64,000 nt of DNA, taken from positions 14,856,963-14,920,962 of the forward strand of contig CM119265.1 in NCBI GenBank assembly GCA_051294375.1, given 5' to 3'. Position 1 is the first letter of the stretch. Each line of letters starts with the position of its first letter. A model generated the notes under the pieces. It did no database searches, had not been told where the DNA came from, and saw only the letters and a program-made list of their open reading frames with translations. The translations under genes and the position numbers were made by a program. This DNA comes from Paraspadella gotoi (Eukaryota > Animalia > Chaetognatha). Below, piece by piece: positions 52,001 through 63,827 of this stretch.

Positions 52001-55000
52001 AAAAAATCTTTAAAAAAATTGTTTTGAAATTTTAACATTTATTGGTTTAGTACTAGTATAAAAATGGCCTACTGTGTAAATTGTAAAATTTATTATAATT
52101 TTTTTATTATATAAATGTTCATAGATATATGTCGTTCGTTCCTCACTTTTAGAATTTTAATTAAAGTTAAATTTAGAATTTTACTACGCCTTATAAATGA
52201 GCACAATGAGAATTTTTAACACGGAAACTGAAAACTAGAGACGCATATAAAAATAAAAGCCAAAAACAAGTACGCCCACCTATTGGCGCCGACGTGGGAC
52301 TCTGCGGTGGAATTCATGCCCACCAGGTCTTGCGTGAAGGGAATGAAGCCTCCGAAACCAGACTTGAAATATTTATGAGGATCGCAGTTGTGCATTCCGT
52401 AAATGTCGCGATCGTCGCGGGGCTTTTTCTAGACAATGGAGAGTATCAATGCTTTAGTTTGGTTTTTTGGAAATTAGTCAACCAAAAAAACCTTTCCGGG
52501 TTTTGCCGTTTGCTGAGAGGCCTTCTGCCGGGCGCCCTTAAGAACGTCTTTGACCTCTTCGCTTATGTCCGGGGCAGGAATGTTCATGCTTTCACAAGGA
52601 TCGCCACCATCAGGGGCACGTCTTGAGATGCAAACAGAAGCAAACTAACGAACTGAGACCAGACGGAGATTTGGTATCGGGGAAGATGTTCTGGTCATGG
52701 AAACCTGGCATTGGCGGCTTTGTCGTGATTAAATCCGCAATTGACATCTCGTTCGCAGAAAAGATGCTCGTAGTTGGGACACATCGCTTGATAGAAAGCT
52801 TTGTCCATCAGTTTGTTGGTGTTTATTTTGGCAACAGCCGGATCCTCTTCCGGCCTGTTGCAGTGTTTTTGGCGACAATCGCAGTGATCCACTTTTTTAG
52901 ACATTTTGGACGATTAAAAAAATTTAAAAAAATAAAAATAAATTTAAAAAAAAAAGAAGAAAAGAGACGAAAGTAACTAAAACGGAAATTTAAGTCTCTC
53001 TTGAAAAGCTCTTGTTTATAAATTTATAAATTTTGTCAATCAAGAGCTCGGAAAAGTGAATCAAGTCCACACTCGATTAAAACTCACCCGAAGAAGTTGA
53101 GCCTCGGTGACGACTTTGACAGCCTGGTCCAAGTCTTCGATGCCGCACTTTCGAAAGGTTTCTCCGTATTGACGAAGATTTAAAGAGGCGAGCCATTCTT
53201 CAACAGACGAGTTAGAGCCTGTCAAAATACATTAATCACAATGACAGTTGTAAAGATGTATATGCCGCTTTCCTATAAAGACATGATAAACTGCGACCCA
53301 TCTGAGCTTCTGAAAAAATACCAGTCAATGAATTAATTATCTCAAATGATAAAAAAAAGTAAATCAATACTAATGAACTTTTAGTAATCTGTTCTAATTC
53401 GAAAACCACTCGAAAGTTATTTGATTATATTTAATTGTACAATATTCCCACCAGTCTTCCTCGACGAATCATACGGAATAATAATGTCATTACCGGTTCA
53501 GCAACATCTCTCTCTGTTACATAAAATCTTAAGCGGTTGACCGAGTGTTGAAGTTTAGTTTGAGAAGCCGGACTATTGACTTGAGAAAACCAGTCAGTGC
53601 AGAAATCGAACATTTCGACCCAGTGACTTGCGAAAATTGTGTGCCCTTTCCTGTTTTCATGACTGGAAATGATCGAGGCTTGAACATGCTCGGCCGCGCC
53701 GCTGGCCAGCGATGCGGACGAGATGAGGGAACGTTAAAAATTTTGCTCGTCCTCGTTACTATGCAAGAAACGCTCGTATAGAGGCACTAATTTCTTACGA
53801 AGATTCCGAATATCGACGAATTTATTAACCTTTGAATTTTTTTATTTTTAAGGAACATTTTTTGAAACAAAAGGTGAATTCCAATTAAGCCTGAGATTAG
53901 CCGAGAGCTAGTATGACTTTTCATCTTTTTGTCCCAGCCGCTGGCCGCGAACGCCCGTCGCCAACGCCGCCTTCGCTTTCGGCACGAAAATCGCTCATTT
54001 AGCGAAGTTTCGGAGGGCTGAGACTCGCCGACGAGGGATCCAAACTCCCTTCGCGAAAACGTTTATTAAATTCGGTCGAAGGGATAAAAAAAATCAGAAA
54101 TCACTGACCTATGAACGACTGTCATGACGAGAGACGCGGCTCTTTGAATCTTTCTCTCATTTATTGAGTTTCATTTATCTTCGCTTTGAGGCTCAGGGCA
54201 TCGCATGAAGCTGAGATGGAGGCGCGGTTCATGCCGCTCTTTCCTAAAGCAACTTTTCTTTTTCTATGACAGATTTGAAAAACCGCAGCTCATTGACGAC
54301 GATTGACTGAGACTATGTGCTCTAAAGTCGAAGAGATACAAAAATTAAAATAAGTCTTCAATCCTGTATTGGAACACTTATAAAACCCTTTCGATATGGC
54401 TGGCTGGGGTGAATGATGAATGAAATTGTTAACCAACGTAAAATATGATCGACATGTTTTTTACGCATTTTCCAAACAAACAAAAGTAGTAGGTATGTGA
54501 AAAAATTTGGACGCGAACAGCTAATCAGTCAATCAGTTCATACTAACCGAGAAAGATATCGTTCGAAGGATCAGAGAGGTTCGTCATGGTTGCCGCCTGC
54601 AACAATTCCATCCGGTGTTCAAAGTCTCCGATGCCTACGTCCAGCAAATCCCGTTCCTCCACGCAATCCTGCCAGCCGAGATTGAAGCATTCACAAGAAG
54701 CTCAAATGGCGAATATTGCTAATTAATCAACACCTCTCACCAAAAATTTGGGATCGTCGAAACCGTTGGTGACGAATTGCCTCTCGTACTTGGTGAGGCC
54801 AATTCTCGACAGCCAATCTCGAACCGTAGACGGTGGGCGGAGAAATTCCGAGAGCGGAGCCATGGAGGATCTGTCGTGATGACAATCAGTTTGTCGTCTT
54901 CGTTAATCGAGTTAAAATTATTTCTATTGAAACTGAGTCATGAGACTTTAACGCCGGACCCAGCCTGTCCCTTTACCCAGATGGCTGGTCGAATGACGAG

Positions 55001-57913
55001 GAATCCGAAACGTTCTGGGGTTCTCCGGTGGCGATGGTACTGGAGCTAGAATTGTGGACGCCCGAAGACGAAGATTCAGACGAAAGACCCGACGCGGACG
55101 AGACGCTCCAGAGTCCGGCGGAGGAGGACGTCGTCGAGGCAGTGTCCATGGAGGCAGGAACTGGGAGAAAGGGAAAGGTCTCGTAAACTAAGAACTAAGA
55201 GTTAAACAGACTCATTACCTACCTACGGATGCTGTGTTGGTTTCTTGATTTGCCAGTGGAGAAAGATGCTGTGTGAATTGTTCCTCGTATCCCTCTTGCT
55301 CAAAGAGAGAGCGTCGGACGATTCCGGCGCCGAAGGAGCTCATAATCCTCTCGATCTGGAAATAAAGAGCGTAATAGCACTATCAGAAGCGATGGAATAA
55401 ACGATCTGTAAAAGTTAAAACCAGCTGGAGCTACTAAGTCGAGCATATTCAAACGCGTCTTTGTTCAGCAGGCATTAAACATTTAGAACCTCATTTTCGA
55501 CCCCTTGCGCAAGAGTAGTTCGCGAGCCTATCGACAGTGTCAAACTTATTCGATGAAAAATGATGGCTTAACATCCGTCAAATGCGTCTTCTTCACATGA
55601 CTCTTTCCATTAGAACTTGTTACTTCCACCTCTCCACCGCCCACTCAAAAAAAATGAAGCTACTCTAAAACTAATGGAAGTTCGAGAGGAAAATGGATGA
55701 TGATCGGGCAGTGGAGCAGGGATTGTTCCTTTCCAGTCCAAGCAATACACTGGATGAACCGCCAACAAAGCGTGCATAAAGCCATCAAGTCGGAAGAGGA
55801 CGCGTAACGCTATCCGGCCAAGAAATCGACGGAGAGTTCGACGAAGCGAACGGTTTAATTCCGAGGTAAGGCTTTCCTTTTATTATTATCCTCTCGGCGA
55901 CTTCGGTCAAAATTGTTCATACGACCGTTGAACCGAGAGAGTCATGGTGGATGAGTGGGTAAGATGAAGGGGGACGATATTGCAAGGGGAAAATCGTGAC
56001 TAGCAAATCTCCAAAACATTCTACTAAAGGGGTGGGAGGGAAAGACAGCGCGCGAAAAAGGAATGATATAAGAAATCATTTTAGCGGAAAATACAGCACG
56101 CGAACCGACATTGCGGTTAATTTGATGATTTACGACGAGAACGGAATTTAAAGTTAAGGCGATTGGCGAAAAAAACAAAAGGGGATTGAATTCTGAATTT
56201 ATTGTTTGTAATGTAATTGCTGTTTCATAGAAATAAATTTGATTTGTGAATTTATAAAAAGTTTGTGGGAGATGTAGTAAAGTAAGGTCCTTCCATCAGC
56301 ACCGTAAAGGTATGGCTACTCTCTCTCCTCTAAGAGATTTTCTTTTCCCACAATTGCTTTAAATGACCATTAATATGATTATAATGTTAAATTTATTAAG
56401 ATTTCAGATATAAATATAGTCGTAAATTATCCAACAAACGACCATCTACGCCGTTAAGTTGTCCCTGGCGTCATTCAACGAAAGTACGTTCTGGTCGTTT
56501 GAATACAAAAGAGCAAAATAAGAGAGCAGATGGAACCTGGCTAAGCAAGGTAATAAAAATCGCCGTATCGGAAAGAAATATATTTCTTTATTTTTCTTAT
56601 GTAAAAAAAATTAATACAAACTCCTACAAAGTAATAACTTGTGAAGCATAATTCTGACATCATGTCTAGTAATACTTTTGTTACTTTTAGTCATTCAAAA
56701 TGGGGCTTATATCAAAATATAACCGAACTCCGATAAGCTAAAATATCTACGTCGAGGCGGATAAGAATTAAAACCGAAATGCTTTAGTTGAATCTTCGCC
56801 TGCCGTGTGCAAATCAATTGACTGAAACTTACTTCCTCCCACTCGGCGTTTTCGTCTAGCTGTCCGAAGTCTCTCCCCGAGCCAAGTCTGCTTCTCTGAC
56901 GTTGGGACGACCAAGTGATACTACCACGGCCGCCTCGCTCGTCGCTTCTCGGTTCTTTATCGCCTCCGCCCTCTTCCTTTAGAACAGTGTCCGAGGTTCT
57001 TTGAAATGGATGTTGTTGCGAACTCGAAGGGTCCGAGAGAGAGGTGGGTTTGGCGGGGGGATCGGTCGAGTCTGGAAAACCCAGAGGAATGCGGGGAGAA
57101 ATCGTGAGAATTAAAAGCGAAAAGGAATATCGAAGCCGAAGGGGGGAATAACGAAAACAGATTCTGGGCGAGAAAAAAAGAATTTAAGGCGAAATTCTTT
57201 TTTTTTTCCGGAATCATATAGCGAACTCGATAGGTTGCAGACAAAATAGAAAACTTTTTTGTATCGAATCATCCAGTTACAAAATCCGAAAATTATTTGT
57301 TTACCTTTTTTGTTTTTTATCAGAAACGAATGCGAAATGGACAAAACTTGATATACATACGTTTCACGTTAAACTGAATTATTGCTTATCAAATATTATC
57401 ATTTCATTCAAGAAAAACTGGCCAGGAGTATATTTAATTTTTGTTTCGTGTGTTGGATATCTTAATGTTGCTTTAGTTTTACAACTGAAATTATTTAATA
57501 ACATGAAAAAAATTACGGAATACAATGTTCTGTAAATCCAATTAAAAAACAAAGAAAAGTTACGTTTTAAACTGACCTTTTGTATTTCGTCGTTCGGCGT
57601 AGACTTGAGCTTCCGGTCGCCGCGGTTGTCGTAACTGTCGTGGTCTCTTCCGTTGGCGATACATTGTCGTAAGTGGAAATCCTGAGATGAGGAGGTGAAG
57701 TTCTTTGCTTTTCGGAGGCGAAGGCGAATCGAACGGCTGCGGAATCGCAAGATTGGAGGCGTGACATTGTCCACATCGGAGAAGGGAAAGAGTGAGATTT
57801 GGTCGAGGAAGACACGGACAAGCTTCGTTTGTAGTGAGCAGTAATGTTGGTGTAATTTGGGACTTGGTGCTGCGGCCAGTCTCGCCCAGAAGACGTGGAA
57901 CCCATCATCAATC
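39255..57913 (-). CDS. ANKS1: ANKS1/Odin/AIDA-1-like adaptor, 3' part (SAM-SAM-PTB); ankyrin repeats not in window
   Basis: Exons 57913-57577, 57071-56833 (LDENAEWEE), 55355-55223 (IERIMSSFGAGI, cf. ANKS1 'EWEEI.KIMSSI..GI'), 55160-54977, 54870-54741 and 54668-54548 (SAM1: TVRDWLSRIGLTKYERQFVTNGFDD...EERDLLDVGIGDFEHRMELLQA), 53218-53088 and 43832-43725 (SAM2: SVEEWLASLNLRQYGETF...|IGVSLVGHRRRI), 43634-43407, 43324-~43185, 41964-41869 (SCDYNAFYLGSTLI), 39714-39490 and 39398-39255 (PTB: ITLSISYRGVSF...HEIRNIHCAAQDEDDL...HFCHVF|ASEIILTLGQAFEVAYQLAL). The 57577/57071 and 43185/41964 joins are unresolved, so small exons are probably missing from the model. Confidence 0.9.
39932..40050. repeat. 22-bp tandem repeat (cggtttccttttcaacttcccc) x5, intronic
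   Basis: Directly visible. Confidence 0.9.
47629..49387 (+). CDS. 437-aa CxxCH-containing, cytochrome P460/c'-beta-like protein of bacterial appearance; 7 exons; nested antisense in ANKS1 intron
   Basis: Exons 47629-47996, 48057-48174, 48283-48427, 48492-48630, 48686-48882, 48983-49102 and 49161-49387 are all GT-AG and phase-compatible, totalling 1314 nt with no internal stop. Motifs in order: hydrophobic N-terminus, GYDGPLF, WFHAPWM, GREPVHGMTFER, VWAVAYYN, FPEDTVVFKLLYS, LLQIDLAVKD, GWVFGTFMY, LVPVCVQWGNDP, GRANGPADNFKSSCASCH, WFRN, SLDYSLQ. The gene model is well supported; the functional label is inference. Confidence 0.8.
49491..50066. mobile_element. MITE-like element with about 26-bp TIRs and TA-rich flanks
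   Basis: Left end tata|ctatctagaaaaaagtatataacat; right end atgttatatacttttttcctagatag|tata. AT-rich non-coding interior. TA flanks are consistent with a Tc1/mariner-type target duplication (inference). Confidence 0.7.
50826..52904 (-). CDS. FAM166/CIMIP2-like (DUF2475-type, ciliary microtubule inner protein-like) Cys-rich protein, 351 aa; 6 exons; nested same-strand in ANKS1 intron
   Basis: Exons 52904-52705, 52621-52492, 52428-52280, 51540-51343, 51275-51098 and 51026-50826 are all GT-AG and phase-compatible, totalling 1056 nt. Repeats 'KYFKSGFGGFIPFTQDLVGMN' and C-terminal 'IYDKKRGQIPGYGGHVPGLHVCTQGGNYGNETR' match the FAM166 'IPGY.G.VP....G..YG..T' repeat. Confidence 0.75.
51608..52158. 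mobile_element. About 550-bp palindromic foldback/MITE in intron 3 of the FAM166-like gene
   Basis: Nested inverted matches: aaaattctaaaagt/acttttagaatttt, cagtaggc/gcctactg, aaaagttgata/tatcaactttt, ttcattaagtggg/cccacttaatgaa. Centre at about 51880. Confidence 0.8.
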
Positions 57914-58617
57914 CTAAGAAAGAAATATTTGAAAATCATCATGAGCTGGATATGACCTAGATTTGTTTTCACATATCACGGTATAACAATAAGACAAAGG
58001 AAGCTCCTTGGCTTGAGTAAATAGTAAAATTGGATTGGAGTGAAACGTCAGAACTTTTCATATAATCGAAACTAATAGCTTCGGGTTATGAAATTACGTA
58101 ATAGTTATTATGAATCCTCGAAAAAAAACTACCGGACCTCTGTTCTTAGCCGATTCCAATATTCTTTGCCTAGTTTCATTAACATAAAGATTATCTTTAC
58201 ATAAAGAGCAATAACTAATTATAAAAATAATGGTTTGCTTTAGATTTTTTTTAATTTAAAAACTACAAAAAAATTTTAATGATAAAAAGTTTTGGCGATC
58301 ATTAATATGATTAATCATTAATATGATAACAAACATGGATTTAACAGATGGGAAAATATTCGTGAATTATGTAGCTTATTTGGTAACCAGGACATCTTCA
58401 CTATGTTTAACAAGCGTAGAAAAAAATTTCATTACAAAGATCTATTTGTCGAAAAACCCTGTCCTCTCAAAGGAATAGATTCTTCTCATACTATTAATTA
58501 ATTATATCTGTTTGTTTTTGTTTTTTTAGACTATCTTGCTTGATGTTATTGGCTGTACTGAATCAACCATGTTTAATTCGAAAATAACGCATAACGAATA
58601 TTAAAAAAATACTCAAT

Positions 58618-58793
58618 GTAGATTCCTCCATAAATTTTTAAAGTTTGGTCAGAACGTTTTTCTCTTTTTTTTCCATATTTTTTTGCACGCTAAACGTTTC
58701 TCTGATTACGCAAAATTTCATGAAAAAAATAAAAAATAATAGTACCAATAGTTAGTGTTATGTCTTCGAATAGATGGAAAAAAAACCTCGTTT
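58618..58793. repeat. Interspersed repeat, near-identical copy at 63828-64000
   Basis: 'tagattcctccataaatttttaaa...agtaccaatagttagtgttatgtc..gaatagatggaaaaaaa.cctcgttt' at both sites with only a few small differences. Confidence 0.85.
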
Positions 58794-60887
58794 AAAAATT
58801 CGATCGGGAAGTGGGGTAACTAAGGCTTACCAATGGCATCCTCCACGCCAATCGTTCTCTCAAATAATTTTTTTTTATTTAATACATTTGAAAGGGAAAA
58901 AAAGAAAATTCAGAATGCAGGTTGCAGAAGAGGGTACAGATAATATGGACATACTGACATGATAATCATGACCTTTATGTCTTGTGAAGGGGGGCAGTAA
59001 AGAAACCTAAAAAATTCGATCATTAAGTCAGTCAATGAACCCTTTCCAATGGGCTATTCCGCGAAATTTTTTTTCTTAATTTAAACGGATGATAAGTAAT
59101 AGAATTAAATTCCTTGTATAAGAGGTTTTTATATTTAAAAGAAATTATAATAACAATAAACACAATGATGTCTTGCTTTGTCAAATATGTCACCAGCTTA
59201 TGTAATTTTTAAAATTTTATTATGATAAACAAGCAGCGTGTCAAGCTTTTTGTTTGCAGTTGAAGATAATGGAAAATGACAATTTTTTTTTCACAGACAA
59301 GAAGGTAGATGTCCAGACGTTTTATATCAATCTGAAAATATTTTTGTATTTATCATTTTTCATATTTAAAAAAACATTTTAATCCAGCTATTTCATAAAT
59401 TTTTGCTTGTTTTTTTACTTTAACTAAAAAATACAAGCAAATTTATAGAGTAGAGCAAATTTAATGGTAATCAAAATGTAATTTAGTCTTTCCTTTTTCA
59501 AATTACGAAAGAAGAAAAAAAATTTCACATGCCTTCATTGAAATTTTTAATGCAAGTATACATAATACTTTTAACTCCGATTTAAATAAAGCTGTGTAAA
59601 GATTTATGGATAAATTTAATAAAACTATTTCAGAGAGGTGTCCCATGATTAGGGCTTTAATTTAATACCTCACCCACTTTCCTACCTCTTTTCTTTCAAA
59701 GTTATTCAAGAAAATAACTTTTTTTACGTGAGAGAACTAAGGATTTGAACTACGCAGTACAAATCTTTGTTAAATAAAAATTTCGCAAAGCGGGAGTATC
59801 TCAATTTATCTATTGGTACAATACCTAAATTTTAAAAATAAAACTTAAAGAAAAATTTTCCGTCCTCTAGAGACATGTCACTTTCAGGTTTACCTATCGT
59901 CTTACACATTTATGGATTATAAGCTGGAGTCAAAAACGTTTTCTCTTTTTTTTAAATAGTTTGTACTAGCCGCGTCAGAAATCTAAGAAGAAACTCGAAA
60001 ATTTTATTCTGACAAATTTTGCCTTTCAAGGCTGACGTTTATGACTATATCTCGGAAACCATTGTAGGAATTTAAAACGGTTTTTTGCAAGTGAATATTG
60101 ATATCATCCTCCAGGGACCGGCATAAAAATATATAAAAAAATAAACTAATATTGGCTGTCGAGTGAGTATCTACTCAATGAGCCACCGGGTCACGACAGG
60201 AGTCATGCTTATAGGCGGGGTGAACTTAGGAGGAAAAAAGTCTTTTCGTTTCATGTCTGAGGTCAGTGTGATTTTAAGTTGATAAAAAAATTTCTCCCTG
60301 ATGACGCAACAAAAATAGAAGCGCACGTCTAAAATAATCACGGTGAAACCCTGCTGTTTACAAGCGGACGGAAAAACAAATAACTGTTCAAAACAGAACC
60401 GACCGCGTGATTCAAATCTCGTAACCGCATTTACCGAGAATTTTTCCGTCATCCAAAGGGAAATATTCTTTTTTAATTCCATTTTGAATTTTATTTTTCT
60501 TTAATGTTAGTTCGTGACTCGGGGAAATTCGAAGAAATAAATTTTCGTGGAGGGAAAAAAGTTTAGACTACTGTCGCGTGAACGTGGGATAAACTGATTC
60601 GCGGGACTTTTGAAAAAAATATAAAAAAAAGAGATCGAATTGGGAAGTCGAAAAGGCCGAAGTATCCCGGGACGAGGCGTCGAAAACAACCCAGTTTTTG
60701 AGCGGCGAAGAGAGAATTTCCGTCACCGACTAGTTTTTATCCGAGACGAAAAATTCCTCAGAATTCAGCGGCGATGCCTGACCCACTTTTTCAAGTAGCT
60801 TTAATGTTGTAATATTGAACTGTAAATGGTGTAACTAGAGCGACTCATTCAGTGAGCAAGTAAATGGTGACACACGACAACCCGCCG

Positions 60888-61460
60888 CTAGAAAAATATC
60901 CTCATTTACAAACCTGTGAAGATTTTTTTAATCTAAATTTTTTTTTCTGTAGTAAAAACTAAAATCATTTGTATGAAATTGGTACAACCAATATAATATT
61001 TTAATATTGATTTGTTATGATTTGACTTGGCAATGAGCGGGAAAAAAGTTGTTTTAAAAATCGTCTTTTTTTATTTTAATATTTTAAAACTAATCTTTTT
61101 TTTTCAATCTTTTTGTTTAACTTTATGACATTTTTAAAAGAACTTTTACATAAAAAGGATTCAATATTAATATCTTCTGAAAGCTCTAAGAAATTTGAAG
61201 AAAATGACATTTAAAAATATTGTAACATAAAAATAAGCCTAACAAGCTTTAGCTTAAGGTAATTAAAATAAAAATATAAAAAATTGAGTTTTAAAATGAA
61301 AGACGATTTTGAAGACAACTTTTCTCCTCTCATTGCCACGTCAAATCAAAACCAATCAATATAAAATTTGGATATATAAATGATTTTATTTTTTACTACA
61401 AAAAAAATCTTTCAGATTAAAAAAATCTTTACAAGTTTGAAAATGACGATTTTTTTCTAA
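60888..61460. mobile_element. About 570-bp palindromic foldback/MITE
   Basis: Arms pair: 'tagaaaaatatcctcatttacaaacctgtgaagattttttaatct' with 'agattaaaaaaatctttacaagtttgaaaatgacgattttttctaa'; 'gatttgacttggcaatgag' with 'ctcattgccacgtcaaatc'; 'aaaatcgtcttt' with 'aaagacgatttt'. Confidence 0.8.
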
Positions 61461-62061
61461 AAGAACGAAACAAATTTCGGCAGTAAGAAAAAAAAAGAAA
61501 CTTATTTACCGCGAAGTGAGGTGGGCAGCGGCTCTCGATCATCGCGGCTGCGTGATGTCAGTGTGTGTTTGAGAGAAAGAGCGAACCAAATGTGAAACAG
61601 CCTGGAGCCGAGTACCGAGAAGCAGAGTTGTCTTGATTCTTTCGTGAATCGCGCTCGGTGAACGTTCTGCTCCAGAAAAAAAAAACCAAAACTGATTCTC
61701 AATGGGAAATACTAGTTTCGTCCTGACACTAATTGATCATGAACTCGAACTGCAAATAGACAGTGTAAAGGTTCATCGGCAAAGGAATTTTAATGCGCAA
61801 TTCAACTTGAAGACAGTGAACAGATTACGGGAAAATAATCGACATAGCAAAACATAACGTTCTTCGTTCAAACAATGAACGCTTTGAAAAAAATAGGTTG
61901 TTGATCGCATTTGAATAAAAACATTACGTAACATTTCAATTACGTGCTAAATACCGCCGAAATTTCAAGAGTTAGAATTTTATTACTACTCATCGTCTGG
62001 GCCTACTTTCAGCTAAAATCTACATAAAAAAACGAGAGAGAGAGATACAGAAAGAGAGATA

Positions 62062-63270
62062 TTAATTAGGCTTCGACACGGATAATTGTTCTAGTTGAGC
62101 CGGTAACTTGGATGTTCCCTTCGTCTGATCGTTGCCAAGACCTCCGCTCCGACGCCGCGATCGAGGGCTCGGCGTCAATCGACCATTGGAGCCGCCTGTT
62201 CGATGAACAATGTGATCGTGATAGATACCAGATGTCCGATAAACAAAAACAGGAAAAAACAGCACGAGGAAAACTCTTCTAATCTAAACCTGACGATTTG
62301 GAGCCTTTTGATATCTTAGGCCTGGCGGAGACGTTGAGATGTCTATCTTCGGCCCGGTGAACGACGTAATCGGGCAGGCATGTTTTCACATCGATCAGGA
62401 GAGGGACGTAATAGAATCTTTCCTCAATAGGATTTACGCTGGAGAGAAATTCGAGGAACTTTATAACCCGGGAACAGAAGAGGTTTTGGCCACAGAACGA
62501 TGTTTAACGTCAAACCTCTTATCGTGCTGATCCTTGGAAAGAGTGCTCGAATCGAGGGGCCTCATGTTAGTCGAACTGGGTCGAGAGGTTGGACTCTTTG
62601 GCGACGACGACGGCGACGAGATTCGACGACTTTTCCCTGAATAGTTAAAATTGTTTTTTTTTGGTTTAATACAAGCAATATATTACATACATACAAATTA
62701 ACTGAATTCATAACAATTTACAAACCAACCATATTCAAGTTAAAAAAATAACCTGGGGTTTTCATCACCGAAACAACGCCGAGAAGAGTTTTTTCGTACA
62801 ACTTTCTTCTATCCGCTTCCAGAATTTTCTTGATCAAGTGCAACTGAGAATCAGGAGTCGACGGATCGAGGATCTTTTTCTCCACTACCACGTATCCTTG
62901 TCCGTTTTCTTCGGGACAAAGTCGCTTGGCCGCGTGATCCCTTTTAGGTAGGAACAGAGTTACTGATTAGCCGCATCAATGAAGCGATATCAACGAACCG
63001 TTTCGACACCTACAACGGATTTGCCTCGTCGAGTTCCATAACCAAGCCATCTTCCGAAGTCAGCTCCAGACGATTTTCGATCACCTTGACCGGCTCTTCG
63101 GCATTAGAGATCACCGGATCGTAGACATTTGCGGAAACTTTACGACGCACGAACCCCAAAAAATTCACGGTGGCCGAGTGGGGATTTGCGATGAAGTTAT
63201 CGTTTCTTCCGTGACGGAGGGTGACGAACATGGTGATTTCGAAGATCCGGTTCGCGATTTTTGAATTAGA
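62062..63270 (-). CDS. Multi-exon Ser/Pro-rich coding segment; either an ANKS1 linker/isoform or a separate gene
   Basis: Phase-compatible exons ~63270-63015, 62940-62754, 62636-~62517, ~62439-62291 and ~62196-62062 give ...SANVYDPVIS...NPL|DHAAKRLCPEENGQGY...MKTP|GKSRRISSPSSSPKSP...|SVNPIEERFYYVP...|GGSNGRLTPSPRSRRR...SKPN*. No diagnostic domain; some boundaries are approximate. Confidence 0.5.
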
Positions 63271-63827
63271 TTAATCGTGTTATTTTTCAGTTAAAATTGT
63301 CGGTAGGAAGCAGAAAAAGATAAGGCAGCGATAATTGTCGAAGCGTTCTTTAAATACTTGGGAGGTTGGCGAACTCGAAGTTAAACGCGGGAAGAAATTC
63401 TTTTCGATTTTACGACTTTCGGGTTAAAAATTCTTTCTAAAAAATCAGGAATGTGAGAAGTCACGGTTTTTGTTTTTGTTAGTTTTTTTTTTTTTTTTTT
63501 TTTTTTTTATTTCCGACAGTGCCTTTTTGTTTAAAATTAGGGGTGGCGCCAGAACTATCAGAATTATTAAATGACCTCGTTGTGGGCACTTAATAATTCT
63601 GATTGTCCTAGGGAAAATCTTCACAAGCATTGACAGTTTACAATTGCTTTCTTATAACGAATCGGCGGTCAGCGTTCTTCAATTAAAGCTTTTCATTCAC
63701 CCGTTTTTTTGTTTTCTCTTTTCAAAAAAATTGTTTCATGGAATTTACTTTTGTTCTCTCTTGGTAGACTAACCCAAATTTGACTAAATTTTTTCATAGA
63801 GCGGAAAAAGTAAAATTTTGGTTAATA

